From assembly GCA_028282585.1 (NCBI GenBank), contig JANQHR010000144.1, positions 32,001 through 96,000 of the forward strand: a stretch of 64,000 bases of DNA. The letters run 5' to 3'. Both the position numbers and the translations under genes were made by a program. This DNA comes from Bacteroidales bacterium. Its GTDB lineage: Bacteria > Bacteroidota > Bacteroidia > Bacteroidales > UBA12077. The notes beneath the pieces were generated by a model, which worked only from the letters and a program-made list of their open reading frames with translations, was not told the origin of the DNA and did not search any database. Numbering within the stretch: position 1 is the stretch's first letter; each line of letters starts with the position of its first letter. Shown one piece after another: positions 47,642 through 56,714 of the stretch.

Positions 47642-49390
47642 CTATTCTTCTTCTTCACCCACTTCGTTTTCGTCTTCATCATCATCCAGAGCCGAAACCA
47701 AACCTCCAGTTAATTTACCATCCATTTTTTTTATGAAGCTTTCCTGTTGCTTTTTTAAACGTTCATATTCTTCAACTTTTTTCTCAAGTTCGGCTTCACG
47801 GCGTGCAGATTCTTCTTGAGTAGCTTGTAATTCTTCCATATTTTGACGCATTTCCTCTTCTTGGGCACGCATTTCTTCTGCTTGTTGTCTGGTTCTTTCA
47901 AGAAGTTCAGATGTTCTAATGTTTACCTTAACCGTAGATAATGTTGAAGCAATGTTTTCACCAATTTTTTCTACAAATTCAATTTGATATTTTTCAAATT
48001 CTCTGAAAGAAGCCATTTCTATAACTCCATATACTTGATCATTTACAACCAATGGAACAATTAAAATACTTTTCGGATTGTCATCACCTAAACCCGAAGT
48101 AATAGTAATATAATCATTAGGAATATCTGTAATATAAATTGTTTCTGCTTCTTGTATTGCTCTTCCTACCAAACCAACACCCATTTCTATCTTTTTCTCA
48201 AGAAATTTTTTACGATTAAAAGCATAAGCAGAAGCCATTTCAATGAACTTATTGTTTTCATCATCATCATTTATAACAAATAAACCTCCTTGATTAGCGT
48301 CACAATATTTTACCAGATTACTAATAACATCATAAGAAAGCTTCTCTATATTATCGTTATTCTGTCTTAAAATGTCACTGAATTTAGCAATACCTTGTGA
48401 TGCCCAGTTTCTTTGGTCGTCTTCTTTTTTTCTCCTTTTTTCTTCTTGTGTTGCATGCTTAAGGTTAGTGCGCATTTCCAATAATGCATTTCCCAGATCA
48501 TCTTGCTCGCTTAATGGCACAAAAGGACTATCAAAATTACTTTTTCCAATTTCTATTGAGAAATCGGTTGTTTCCTTCAATCCCCTGATTAAAGCATTTA
48601 AGGCAGCAGCCATTTCTCCAATTTCATCGTTTCGTTCCTTTATTTGTTTATTAGGCATTACGCCTTGTCCCATTTGAATTAAGTTGTTCTTTATCTTTAT
48701 AATTGGTTTTATAATAAGTTGAGCTAATATAAGTGCTATTATAACTGAAATTATAACAACCACAACACCAGCCATAAAAATGAAGTCCTCAAGACTTTTA
48801 AATGATTCTTCCATTTGGGCACTGGCTTCTTCAATTTTTGTCTCATGGATATTAGTTAAGTTAGTAAGATCTTCTATTAATTTATCACTTAATACAATAA
48901 TATCACCACCTTTTTCAACTTTCGTATATACATCTGTCATTAATAAGAAAAAATCATCATAACTTTCCATTGTACTTAGCTTATTCATTATGTCCTGGTG
49001 CATCGGAAATAAAGTGTCTGTAATGGAAACATAAATTTTTTCATAAGCTTCTATTTCGGTGGGATCCCAATTTATTGATATTTCTAAGATTTTATCGTTT
49101 AAGTCAGGGATTTCAGTTTGATGTAAATCAATTAACTTCTTTTTATCTGGAGTATCTGGTTGTTTCTCGATGTAAACCCAATTTTTAATTAACATTTTTG
49201 ATGAAATCATAGCGTTTGATAATTCACGAACCAGGTCGGCAGAAGGAATATGAACACTAATGATTTCTTCGTTTTTTTCAATGCTTTTAGTTAAAGTATT
49301 ATTTACAAGATAAATATTTCCGAATATGGCTGCAGTAACAATACCAAATCCAAGAACTAGCTTTTTTGCAATGGTAAATTTGAATTTCAT
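47642..49390 (-). CDS. Membrane sensor: helical periplasmic domain, HAMP, GAF and coiled coil, no catalytic output
   Basis: Two TM helices, RNDEIGEM HAMP, GAF (GVGLVG...SILIVPL...GVIEMAS), AQEEEMRQNMEELQATQEE coil, acidic tail. Confidence 0.85.
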   Translation of the reverse strand: MKFKFTIAKKLVLGFGIVTAAIFGNIYLVNNTLTKSIEKNEEIISVHIPSADLVRELSNAMISSKMLIKNWVYIEKQPDTPDKKKLIDLHQTEIPDLNDKILEISINWDPTEIEAYEKIYVSITDTLFPMHQDIMNKLSTMESYDDFFLLMTDVYTKVEKGGDIIVLSDKLIEDLTNLTNIHETKIEEASAQMEESFKSLEDFIFMAGVVVVIISVIIALILAQLIIKPIIKIKNNLIQMGQGVMPNKQIKERNDEIGEMAAALNALIRGLKETTDFSIEIGKSNFDSPFVPLSEQDDLGNALLEMRTNLKHATQEEKRRKKEDDQRNWASQGIAKFSDILRQNNDNIEKLSYDVISNLVKYCDANQGGLFVINDDDENNKFIEMASAYAFNRKKFLEKKIEMGVGLVGRAIQEAETIYITDIPNDYITITSGLGDDNPKSILIVPLVVNDQVYGVIEMASFREFEKYQIEFVEKIGENIASTLSTVKVNIRTSELLERTRQQAEEMRAQEEEMRQNMEELQATQEESARREAELEKKVEEYERLKKQQESFIKKMDGKLTGGLVSALDDDEDENEVGEEEE

Positions 49391-49498
49391 ATCTTGCTAT
49401 TTGAATTAGATTTTAAGAGTTTCTAAGATAATAATATAATTTTAAGTTAGGTTCATTTAAACCATATTTTATCAAATCAGGCTACGAATGTAAATAAT

Positions 49499-50257
49499 CT
49501 ATTCAATAAATGTATTAAGATCATATGTAATATTTGTTAAAAATAATCCATGAGCAGGTGCTGAAGTTCCTGCATCCGATCGATTCCTATTTTCAATTAT
49601 TTGAATAAAACCTTCTAAGGTAGTTTTGTGTTTTCCAATGTCAATTAATGTACCAACAATTGCTCGAACCATATTCCTTAAAAAACGATCCGCTGTTATT
49701 GTAAAAGATAACTTATAACTATCCTTTTCCCACAAAGCACTTTCAATTCTACAATTATTGGTTTTAACATCGGTATGCAATTTACTAAAACTTGTAAAAT
49801 CCGTGAACTGAAGTAGTAATTCACATGCTTTATTCATTAAATCAATATCTAATTTATGAGGTAAATAATACGAAGATTCGGTTAAAAACGGATCTTTTTG
49901 TTGATGTATAAAATAGTGGTATGTCCTGCTAGTCGCATCGAAGCGGGCATGGGCTTCATTATTTACTTTAAGTATCTTATGGATAGCTATATCATGGGGT
50001 AAAAGGCTATTGATATTGAACATGAACTTTTTATCCTTATCCAAATCATTACATTTCGAATCAAAATGTGCTACAAAGTAGCTTGCATGAACACCAGTGT
50101 CTGTTCTTCCGGCACCGGTTATTTCAACTTCCTCCCTTAAAATAGTTGAAAGAGTTTTTGTTAAAACTTCTTGGATGGTAATTGCGTTAGGCTGGATTTG
50201 CCAACCATGATAATTTGTTCCTTTATAACTTAATTGAATAAAATACCTGTTTTTCAT
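49499..50257 (-). CDS. truA: tRNA pseudouridine(38-40) synthase
   Basis: YHGWQIQPN, GAGRTDTGVHA, HARFDA, FLRNMVRAIVG. Confidence 0.97.
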   Translation of the reverse strand: MKNRYFIQLSYKGTNYHGWQIQPNAITIQEVLTKTLSTILREEVEITGAGRTDTGVHASYFVAHFDSKCNDLDKDKKFMFNINSLLPHDIAIHKILKVNNEAHARFDATSRTYHYFIHQQKDPFLTESSYYLPHKLDIDLMNKACELLLQFTDFTSFSKLHTDVKTNNCRIESALWEKDSYKLSFTITADRFLRNMVRAIVGTLIDIGKHKTTLEGFIQIIENRNRSDAGTSAPAHGLFLTNITYDLNTFIE

Positions 50258-50477
50258 GTTGCAATTTTAGTGCTTACAAAGTTAAGATTTAAACTTGAAA
50301 ATACTATATAATCTATGTTTCTTGATATTTGATTCTTATAATTTCTTAAAAAGATTTAACAGTTTTTAACATTTAAATAGACTATTATTGTGCTGATTTT
50401 ATAAGAACAGAAGTAGAATTATTACAATTATTTTTTAACCTAAAATTTTTATGTATCTTTTCAAAAATTATTAGACT

Positions 50478-51473
50478 ATGAACGAAACAGTTGATGTTAA
50501 AGAGCTGAACGAGCGAATAGAGAAGGAAAGTTCATTTGTTGATATGATTAAAATGGAAATGGGCAAGGTAATAGTTGGGCAAAAACACCTTGTTGATTCT
50601 CTTTTAATTGGTTTTCTTTCCGATGGACATATTTTATTAGAAGGTGTTCCTGGATTGGCAAAAACATTGGCAATTAATACTTTAGCAAGTGTTGTAGATG
50701 CTGATTTTAGTCGTATTCAATTTACACCGGATTTGTTACCAGCAGATTTAATTGGTACAATGATTTATAGCCAAAAGAAAGAAGAATTCCAGGTTAAAAG
50801 AGGTCCCATTTTTACTAATTTTGTTTTGGCCGATGAGATTAACCGTTCTCCTGCAAAAGTACAAAGTGCTTTATTAGAGGCAATGCAGGAACGCCAGGTT
50901 ACAATTGGTGAAGAAACATATCAACTTCCACAACCGTTTTTAGTAATGGCAACGCAAAATCCAATCGAGCAAGAAGGAACTTATCCTCTTCCGGAAGCAC
51001 AAGTTGACCGTTTTATGTTAAAAGTTGTAGTTGACTATCCTAAATTAGAGGAAGAGAAGTTAATTGTTCGAGAAAATATTGCCAAAGAATTTCCAAAGGC
51101 TAATACTATTCTTAAACCTGAAGACATTGTTAATGCAAGAAATGTTGTTAAGGATGTTTATATTGACGAAAAAATTGAGCGATATATATTAGATATAGTA
51201 TTTGCTACCAGATTTCCTGAAAAATACAATCTGGAGAAATTTTCTGCAATGATTAATTACGGCGGATCTCCTCGTGCAAGTATTAATTTGGCAATGGCTT
51301 CGAAAGCTTACGCATTTATTAAGCGAAGAGGTTATGTTATTCCTGAAGATGTGCGCGCTGTTTGTCATGATGTATTACGTCATAGGATAGGATTAACATA
51401 TGAGGCCGAGGCAGAAAATGTAACTACAGAGGATATTATTACGGAAATTCTTAATACTATAGAAGTTCCATAA
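50478..51473 (+). CDS. moxR: MoxR-family AAA+ ATPase
   Basis: GVPGLAKT, RIQFTPDLLPAD, LADEINR, ATQNPIEQEGTYPLPEAQVDRF. Confidence 0.96.
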   Translation: MNETVDVKELNERIEKESSFVDMIKMEMGKVIVGQKHLVDSLLIGFLSDGHILLEGVPGLAKTLAINTLASVVDADFSRIQFTPDLLPADLIGTMIYSQKKEEFQVKRGPIFTNFVLADEINRSPAKVQSALLEAMQERQVTIGEETYQLPQPFLVMATQNPIEQEGTYPLPEAQVDRFMLKVVVDYPKLEEEKLIVRENIAKEFPKANTILKPEDIVNARNVVKDVYIDEKIERYILDIVFATRFPEKYNLEKFSAMINYGGSPRASINLAMASKAYAFIKRRGYVIPEDVRAVCHDVLRHRIGLTYEAEAENVTTEDIITEILNTIEVP

Positions 51474-51491
51474 AAGTTACATATCTCAAAA

Positions 51492-51908
51492 ATGAAAAAA
51501 ATAATTGTACTTCTGTTAATTGTAATTTCGAGCTTAAACGTTCTTGGACAAAGTTTTGTAGGTAAACATAAGCTGGAGATCAAAAAAGAGATGAAAGAAA
51601 ATCATAGAGATTTTTACTTTTCTAAAGAAGTAATGGGAAAAAGCAATTTCATCAAATTTGAAGATACCGATGGATACCGAACATACTTATTTGTTTTGGA
51701 TGAGGATGGATATTGTAAATATCACATGTTAATGTGCGATTATAGTTTGCTAAAACATACGATCGATTCATTAAACCAAAACTATGAGTATAAAGAAAAT
51801 TTAACATGGTACGATTATGTGTCAGGGAAAGAAAATTTTGTTATAAGAATAAAAAAAGAAGAATGGTATTTTTCTGTAATTACTAAGAAGCTCGAAGAGA
51901 AAGATTGA
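51492..51908 (+). CDS. Hypothetical exported protein
   Basis: Signal peptide; ORF lies between moxR and DUF58. Confidence 0.7.
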   Translation: MKKIIVLLLIVISSLNVLGQSFVGKHKLEIKKEMKENHRDFYFSKEVMGKSNFIKFEDTDGYRTYLFVLDEDGYCKYHMLMCDYSLLKHTIDSLNQNYEYKENLTWYDYVSGKENFVIRIKKEEWYFSVITKKLEEKD

Positions 51909-51929
51909 TGTATAACCAATAAAATAGAA

Positions 51930-52814
51930 TTGGGCGTGGAAGCTTCAGAACTGCTTAAGAAAGTACGAAAAATTGAGATTAAAACACGGGGCTTATCAAA
52001 AAACATATTTGCAGGTGAATACCATAGTGCATTTAAGGGTCGGGGTATGGCCTTTAGTGAGGTTAGAGAATATCAATACGGAGATGATATTCGAAATATT
52101 GACTGGAACGTAACTGCCCGATTTAATCATCCATATATTAAAATATATGAAGAGGAGCGTGAACTTACAGTTATGTTGCTTGTCGATGTAAGCAATTCGC
52201 GCGTGTTTGGTTCACAAACTCAATTAAAGAAAAACCTTATTACTGAAATCTCAGCTGTTTTATCTTTTTCAGCAATCCAGAATAATGATAAGATTGGAGT
52301 AATCTTATTTAGTGATAAAGTTGAAAAATTTATTCCTCCCAAAAAAGGAAGGACTCATATTTTGAGAATTATAAGAGAATTAATCGAATTTACTCCGGAA
52401 AATAAAGAAACAGACATTTCAGAAGCACTTAGGTATTTGACCAATGCCATTAAAAAAAGAAGTACTGCATTTTTAATTTCTGATTTCATTGATGATGAGG
52501 AAGGAACTCCTCGATTTGATGAAGCTATTCGAATTGCAAACAGAAAACATGATATTATTGGTTTAAAGATATTTGATGAAAGGGAACGAGAAATTCCGCC
52601 AGTTGGTATAGTTAGAATGAAAGATGCCGAAACCGGTGAATATGCATGGGTTGATACTACGAGTATTACTTTACGAAGAAATTATGCTAGTTGGTATAAA
52701 ACTATGGAAGAATCTGTAAATGATACTTTGGTTAGAGCAGGAGTTGATTTCGTATCTATAGCAACAAATGAAGATTATGTTAAACCATTAATTAACCTTT
52801 TTAAAAAGCGATAA
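51930..52814 (+). CDS. DUF58 / vWA-type MoxR partner
   Basis: SAFKGRGMAFSEVREYQYGDDIRNIDWNVTAR; start TTG 51930 or GTG 51936. Confidence 0.94.
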   Translation: MGVEASELLKKVRKIEIKTRGLSKNIFAGEYHSAFKGRGMAFSEVREYQYGDDIRNIDWNVTARFNHPYIKIYEEERELTVMLLVDVSNSRVFGSQTQLKKNLITEISAVLSFSAIQNNDKIGVILFSDKVEKFIPPKKGRTHILRIIRELIEFTPENKETDISEALRYLTNAIKKRSTAFLISDFIDDEEGTPRFDEAIRIANRKHDIIGLKIFDEREREIPPVGIVRMKDAETGEYAWVDTTSITLRRNYASWYKTMEESVNDTLVRAGVDFVSIATNEDYVKPLINLFKKR

Positions 52815-52819
52815 AAAAT

Positions 52820-53845
52820 ATGTTGCGGAAAGCGAAATTTTATATTGTATATTTATTAGTTTTTGGTTTAATGCATTTTACATTTAAATCAAATGCTCAG
52901 CATATAACAGTTAAGGCAAAATTAGATACAACGGAGTTTCTTATTGGAGACCAGATTGGATTGGAGCTTGAGGTTAGGCAACCAATTAAGGAGTTTGTTG
53001 GAATTCCAATTTTTGAGCAAAATGTTAATCAGGAACTAGAAGTATTAGAGCAATCGGAGAATGATACAACCTTGCTAGAAACAGGACACTTTATTATCAG
53101 GAAACGACTGTTGGTTACAGCTTTTGATTCGGGTTACTACGCTTTACCACCAATACCGTTTTTATATTATAGTGATACTTTAAGAACTGACCCAATTTTA
53201 TTTCATGTAAAAACTATTCCTGTAGATACATCACAGGCAATTAAGGATATTAAAAGACCATACGGAGCACCTTTGAGTTTTGCTGAAGTATTTCCCTGGG
53301 CAGGAGGAAGTCTTATTCTAGCTCTAGTGATTTTTATTCTTATTTATGTTATAAAAAAATTAAGGCGAAAAGAACCGATTATCCGTAGGATAAAACCAAG
53401 AGAACCTGCTCATATTATTGCGTTTAGAGGTTTAGAGAAACTAAAGAAAGATAAGCTTTGGCAACAAGAAAAGATTAAAGAATATTATACCGACCTTACC
53501 GATATTCTTCGATTATATCTTTGGAATCGTTATTCAATAAGAACATTAGAAAGAACTAGTGAGGAAATTTTAGAATCTCTAGAGATTTCCGATTTTAATG
53601 ATGAAGAAGCATATGATATTTTAAAAGATGTTTTCCAGGTATCGGATTTGGTAAAGTTCGCTAAATTTAAACCAATTGCAGATGAACATGAAAAATGTTT
53701 ATCTGGGGCATACAATTTTGTGGATAGAACCAAATTAATCATTGAAGAAAAGAAAGATGCTGAAGAAGATAAAAAGGATAATAATAGCTCTTTAAATTCT
53801 GAAAATGAAGAAGTAAAAATGCTGGAAGAACAAAGTAATCCGTAA
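52820..53845 (+). CDS. Bat-operon membrane protein (BatD-like Ig domain + TM)
   Basis: IGDQI, TAFDSG, IKDIK, KEYYTDLTDILR, SDLVKFAK; position before batA. Confidence 0.8.
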   Translation: MLRKAKFYIVYLLVFGLMHFTFKSNAQHITVKAKLDTTEFLIGDQIGLELEVRQPIKEFVGIPIFEQNVNQELEVLEQSENDTTLLETGHFIIRKRLLVTAFDSGYYALPPIPFLYYSDTLRTDPILFHVKTIPVDTSQAIKDIKRPYGAPLSFAEVFPWAGGSLILALVIFILIYVIKKLRRKEPIIRRIKPREPAHIIAFRGLEKLKKDKLWQQEKIKEYYTDLTDILRLYLWNRYSIRTLERTSEEILESLEISDFNDEEAYDILKDVFQVSDLVKFAKFKPIADEHEKCLSGAYNFVDRTKLIIEEKKDAEEDKKDNNSSLNSENEEVKMLEEQSNP

Positions 53846-53866
53846 ATGATTATTTGAAATTTTATT

Positions 53867-54859
53867 ATGAACAATATAACATTTGCAAATCCGAATTTAT
53901 TATACTTGCTATTAATTATTATGCCGGTTATAGCCTGGTACGTGTTAAATCATAAAAAAACACATGCAAGTATACAGGTATCAACAATAAAGGGGATTGG
54001 GAAAAACCACATAACATACAAACACATTTTAAGACATGTTGTATTTGCTTTAAGAGTAATGACAATATCATTAATTATAATTGCTATTGCTCGTCCGCAG
54101 TCAACGTTAAGTTGGAAAAATCAAGAATCGGAAGGAATTGACATTGTATTAGCTTTGGATATTTCAAGTAGTATGTTAGCCCGAGATTTTGAACCGGATA
54201 GATTAGAAGCTGCAAAAGATTTAGCGATACAGTTTATAGCAGGGCGAAGAAATGATCGTATTGGATTAGTAGTTTTTAGTGGTGAGAGTTTTACACAATG
54301 CCCCTTAACAACAGATCATTCGGTTTTAATTAATCTATTTAGAGACATTCAAAGTGGTATGATTGAAGACGGTACTGCAATTGGTATGGGTTTGGCAACA
54401 TCTGTTAGCAGAATAAAAGACAGTGATGCAAAAAGTAAAGTAATTATCTTATTAACAGATGGTGTTAATAATCAAGGGGCAATTGCTCCTGCAACTGCTG
54501 CCGAACTGGCTCAAACATTTGGAATAAGAGTATATACTATTGGAGTTGGAACCGAAGGTATGGCACCATATCCAATACAAACTCCATTTGGAACTCAGTT
54601 AAGAAATATGCCTGTTGAAATTGATGAAGAAACATTACAAGATATTGCTAATAAAACTGGAGGAGAATATTTTAGAGCAACAGATAATGACAAACTAAAA
54701 CAGATTTATGAACAAATTGATCAATTAGAGAAGACCAAAATCGAAGTAAAAGAATTTAGTCAAAAGGATGAGGAATTTTTGATTTTTGTTTTAATTGCTG
54801 CTCTATTGTTATTATCCGATATAATATTAAGAAATACATTATTAAGACAAATACCTTAA
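53867..54859 (+). CDS. batA: BatA, vWA-domain aerotolerance protein
   Basis: FANP, ARPQ, DISSSM MIDAS, DRLEAAK, LLTDG, YFRATDN. Confidence 0.94.
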   Translation: MNNITFANPNLLYLLLIIMPVIAWYVLNHKKTHASIQVSTIKGIGKNHITYKHILRHVVFALRVMTISLIIIAIARPQSTLSWKNQESEGIDIVLALDISSSMLARDFEPDRLEAAKDLAIQFIAGRRNDRIGLVVFSGESFTQCPLTTDHSVLINLFRDIQSGMIEDGTAIGMGLATSVSRIKDSDAKSKVIILLTDGVNNQGAIAPATAAELAQTFGIRVYTIGVGTEGMAPYPIQTPFGTQLRNMPVEIDEETLQDIANKTGGEYFRATDNDKLKQIYEQIDQLEKTKIEVKEFSQKDEEFLIFVLIAALLLLSDIILRNTLLRQIP

Positions 54860-54861
54860 AT

Positions 54862-54928
54862 AATTTAAGGTATCAGGTTTCAAATTTTAAATTTACGTTA
54901 TGTTTGTTGAAATCTGGAATATTAAATT
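54862..54928. repeat. Intergenic imperfect inverted repeat between batA and batB
   Basis: AATTTAAGGTATCAGGTTTCAA vs TTGAAATCTGGAATATTAAATT. Confidence 0.6.
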
Positions 54929-54943
54929 GAAACGAATTGAATT

Positions 54944-55981
54944 ATGTTTAGATTTGGAAATCCGGAATATTTATACTTACTATTAATACTGCCTGTATTA
55001 GTATTGTTATTTGTATTAGGGCAGTACTATAAAAAAATGGCACTTAAAAAGTTTGGTGATATGAGTGTTATAGAACAATTAATGCCATTTGTCTCGAAAA
55101 CAAAACCTGTTCTTAAATTCATCTTTTTAAGTATTGCAATTATATTCATCATATTTGCCTTATCTGACCCTCAGTTTGGTTCAAAGCTGGAGAAAGTAAA
55201 GCGAAAAGGTGCAGAAATTATCATTGCACTGGATGTTTCTAATAGTATGCTAGCTGAAGATATCAAACCAAATAGATTAGAAAGGTCCAAACAAGCTATT
55301 TCCAAACTAATTGATAATATGGAAAATGATAGGATAGGTTTGATTGTTTTTGCTGGCGACTCATATATTCAGATCCCTGTTACATCAGATTTTTCAGCAG
55401 CTAAAATGTTTTTATCATCAATTAATACAAATATTGTTTCAAAACAAGGAACAGCAATTGGTTCTGCTATTGATTTAGCTATGAACTCTTTTACTCCTGA
55501 AAGTGAAATGGAAAAAGCCTTAATTGTTATTACCGATGGAGAAAATCATGAAGATGATGCAATTAAAGCAGCCAAACTTGCTCAGGAAAAGGGAATAACG
55601 GTTCATACAATCGGAATGGGGAGCCCTCAAGGTGCTCCAATTCCGTTACAAAAAGGATTTGGGCAAACCATTTTTCAAAAAGATAAGGATGGCAATACAG
55701 TAATAAGTAAGTTGGATCAAAGAAATTTACAGGAAATTGCTACAAATGGTGGTGGTGTTTTTATAAGGGCAAGTAATTCGCAAACTGGTTTAAATAAATT
55801 ATTCGAACGCATCAATGAGATGGAAAAAAAGGAGATGGAAGAAAAAATCTACACAGAATTCGAACATCGTTTCCAGTATTTGTTAGGTATAGCACTTTTA
55901 TTTATTCTTTTGGATATTTTTGTTTTGGAACGAAAGAATAAGTGGTCAAAGAATTTTAATGTATTTAAAATTAACGCATAG
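54944..55981 (+). CDS. batB: BatB, vWA-domain protein
   Basis: PQFGSK, DVSNSMLAEDIKPNRLE, ITDGENHE. Confidence 0.94.
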   Translation: MFRFGNPEYLYLLLILPVLVLLFVLGQYYKKMALKKFGDMSVIEQLMPFVSKTKPVLKFIFLSIAIIFIIFALSDPQFGSKLEKVKRKGAEIIIALDVSNSMLAEDIKPNRLERSKQAISKLIDNMENDRIGLIVFAGDSYIQIPVTSDFSAAKMFLSSINTNIVSKQGTAIGSAIDLAMNSFTPESEMEKALIVITDGENHEDDAIKAAKLAQEKGITVHTIGMGSPQGAPIPLQKGFGQTIFQKDKDGNTVISKLDQRNLQEIATNGGGVFIRASNSQTGLNKLFERINEMEKKEMEEKIYTEFEHRFQYLLGIALLFILLDIFVLERKNKWSKNFNVFKINA

Positions 55982-55983
55982 TT

Positions 55984-56682
55984 ATGAGGTGGCTTAAATT
56001 GATTTTTATTATTGGTTTTATTCTTTTTGCATACAATGTATTTGCTCAGAAAGAACGTAAGTATATTCGTCAGGGAAATAGGGAGTTTGAAAACGAGAGA
56101 TTTGAACAATCTGAAATTGATTATAGAAAGGCAATTGATTTAGATGAGAAGAAATCGCACAAACCATTATTTAATGTTGGAAGTGCTTTATATAAACAAG
56201 AAAAATATACGGAAGCAATTGATCAATTTAGTAATTTGACTAACTATGAGCTAAATAAGGAAGAAAAAGCTAAAATATATCATAATTTAGGAAATTCTTT
56301 ATTACAAAGTAATAAATTGCAGGAAAGTATTGAGGCATATAAAAATGCCTTAAGAAATAATCCAAAAGATATGGATACTAAATATAATTTGGCTTATGCA
56401 CAAAAGAAATTAGAAGAACAACAACAAGATCAAAATCAAGATCAAAATCAAGATCAAAATCAAGATCAGAATCAAGATCAGAATCAACAAGATCAACAAG
56501 ATCAACAAGATCAACAAGATCAAAATCAAGATCAGCAACAGCAGCAACAACAACCGGAAATCTCTAAAGAAGATGCAGAGCGAATATTGCAGGCATTAGC
56601 AAATGACGAAAAAGAAACACAAAAGAAAGTTAAAGAACAACAAGCTGCTGCAGCTAAAGTGAAAACGGAGAAAGAATGGTAA
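55984..56682 (+). CDS. batC: BatC, TPR protein with a Q/D/N-rich linker
   Basis: TPRs, YKNALRNNP.D...YNLAYA, C-terminal EKEW. Confidence 0.92.
   Translation: MRWLKLIFIIGFILFAYNVFAQKERKYIRQGNREFENERFEQSEIDYRKAIDLDEKKSHKPLFNVGSALYKQEKYTEAIDQFSNLTNYELNKEEKAKIYHNLGNSLLQSNKLQESIEAYKNALRNNPKDMDTKYNLAYAQKKLEEQQQDQNQDQNQDQNQDQNQDQNQQDQQDQQDQQDQNQDQQQQQQQPEISKEDAERILQALANDEKETQKKVKEQQAAAAKVKTEKEW
56419..56553 (+). repeat. Coding tandem repeat (CAAGATCARAAT 12-mers and CAACAAGAT 9-mers) in batC
   Basis: Encodes QDQN and QQD repeats, frame-preserving. Confidence 0.9.
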
Positions 56683-56714
56683 GTTTTAAGCTTTAAATTG
56701 AAAAAAGGAACCAG

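Noticed and set aside
56419-56553. Tandem repeat as a possible CRISPR array or phase-variable tract
   Set aside because: No unique spacers; 9- and 12-nt units keep the frame and encode the usual Q/D/N linker of BatC.
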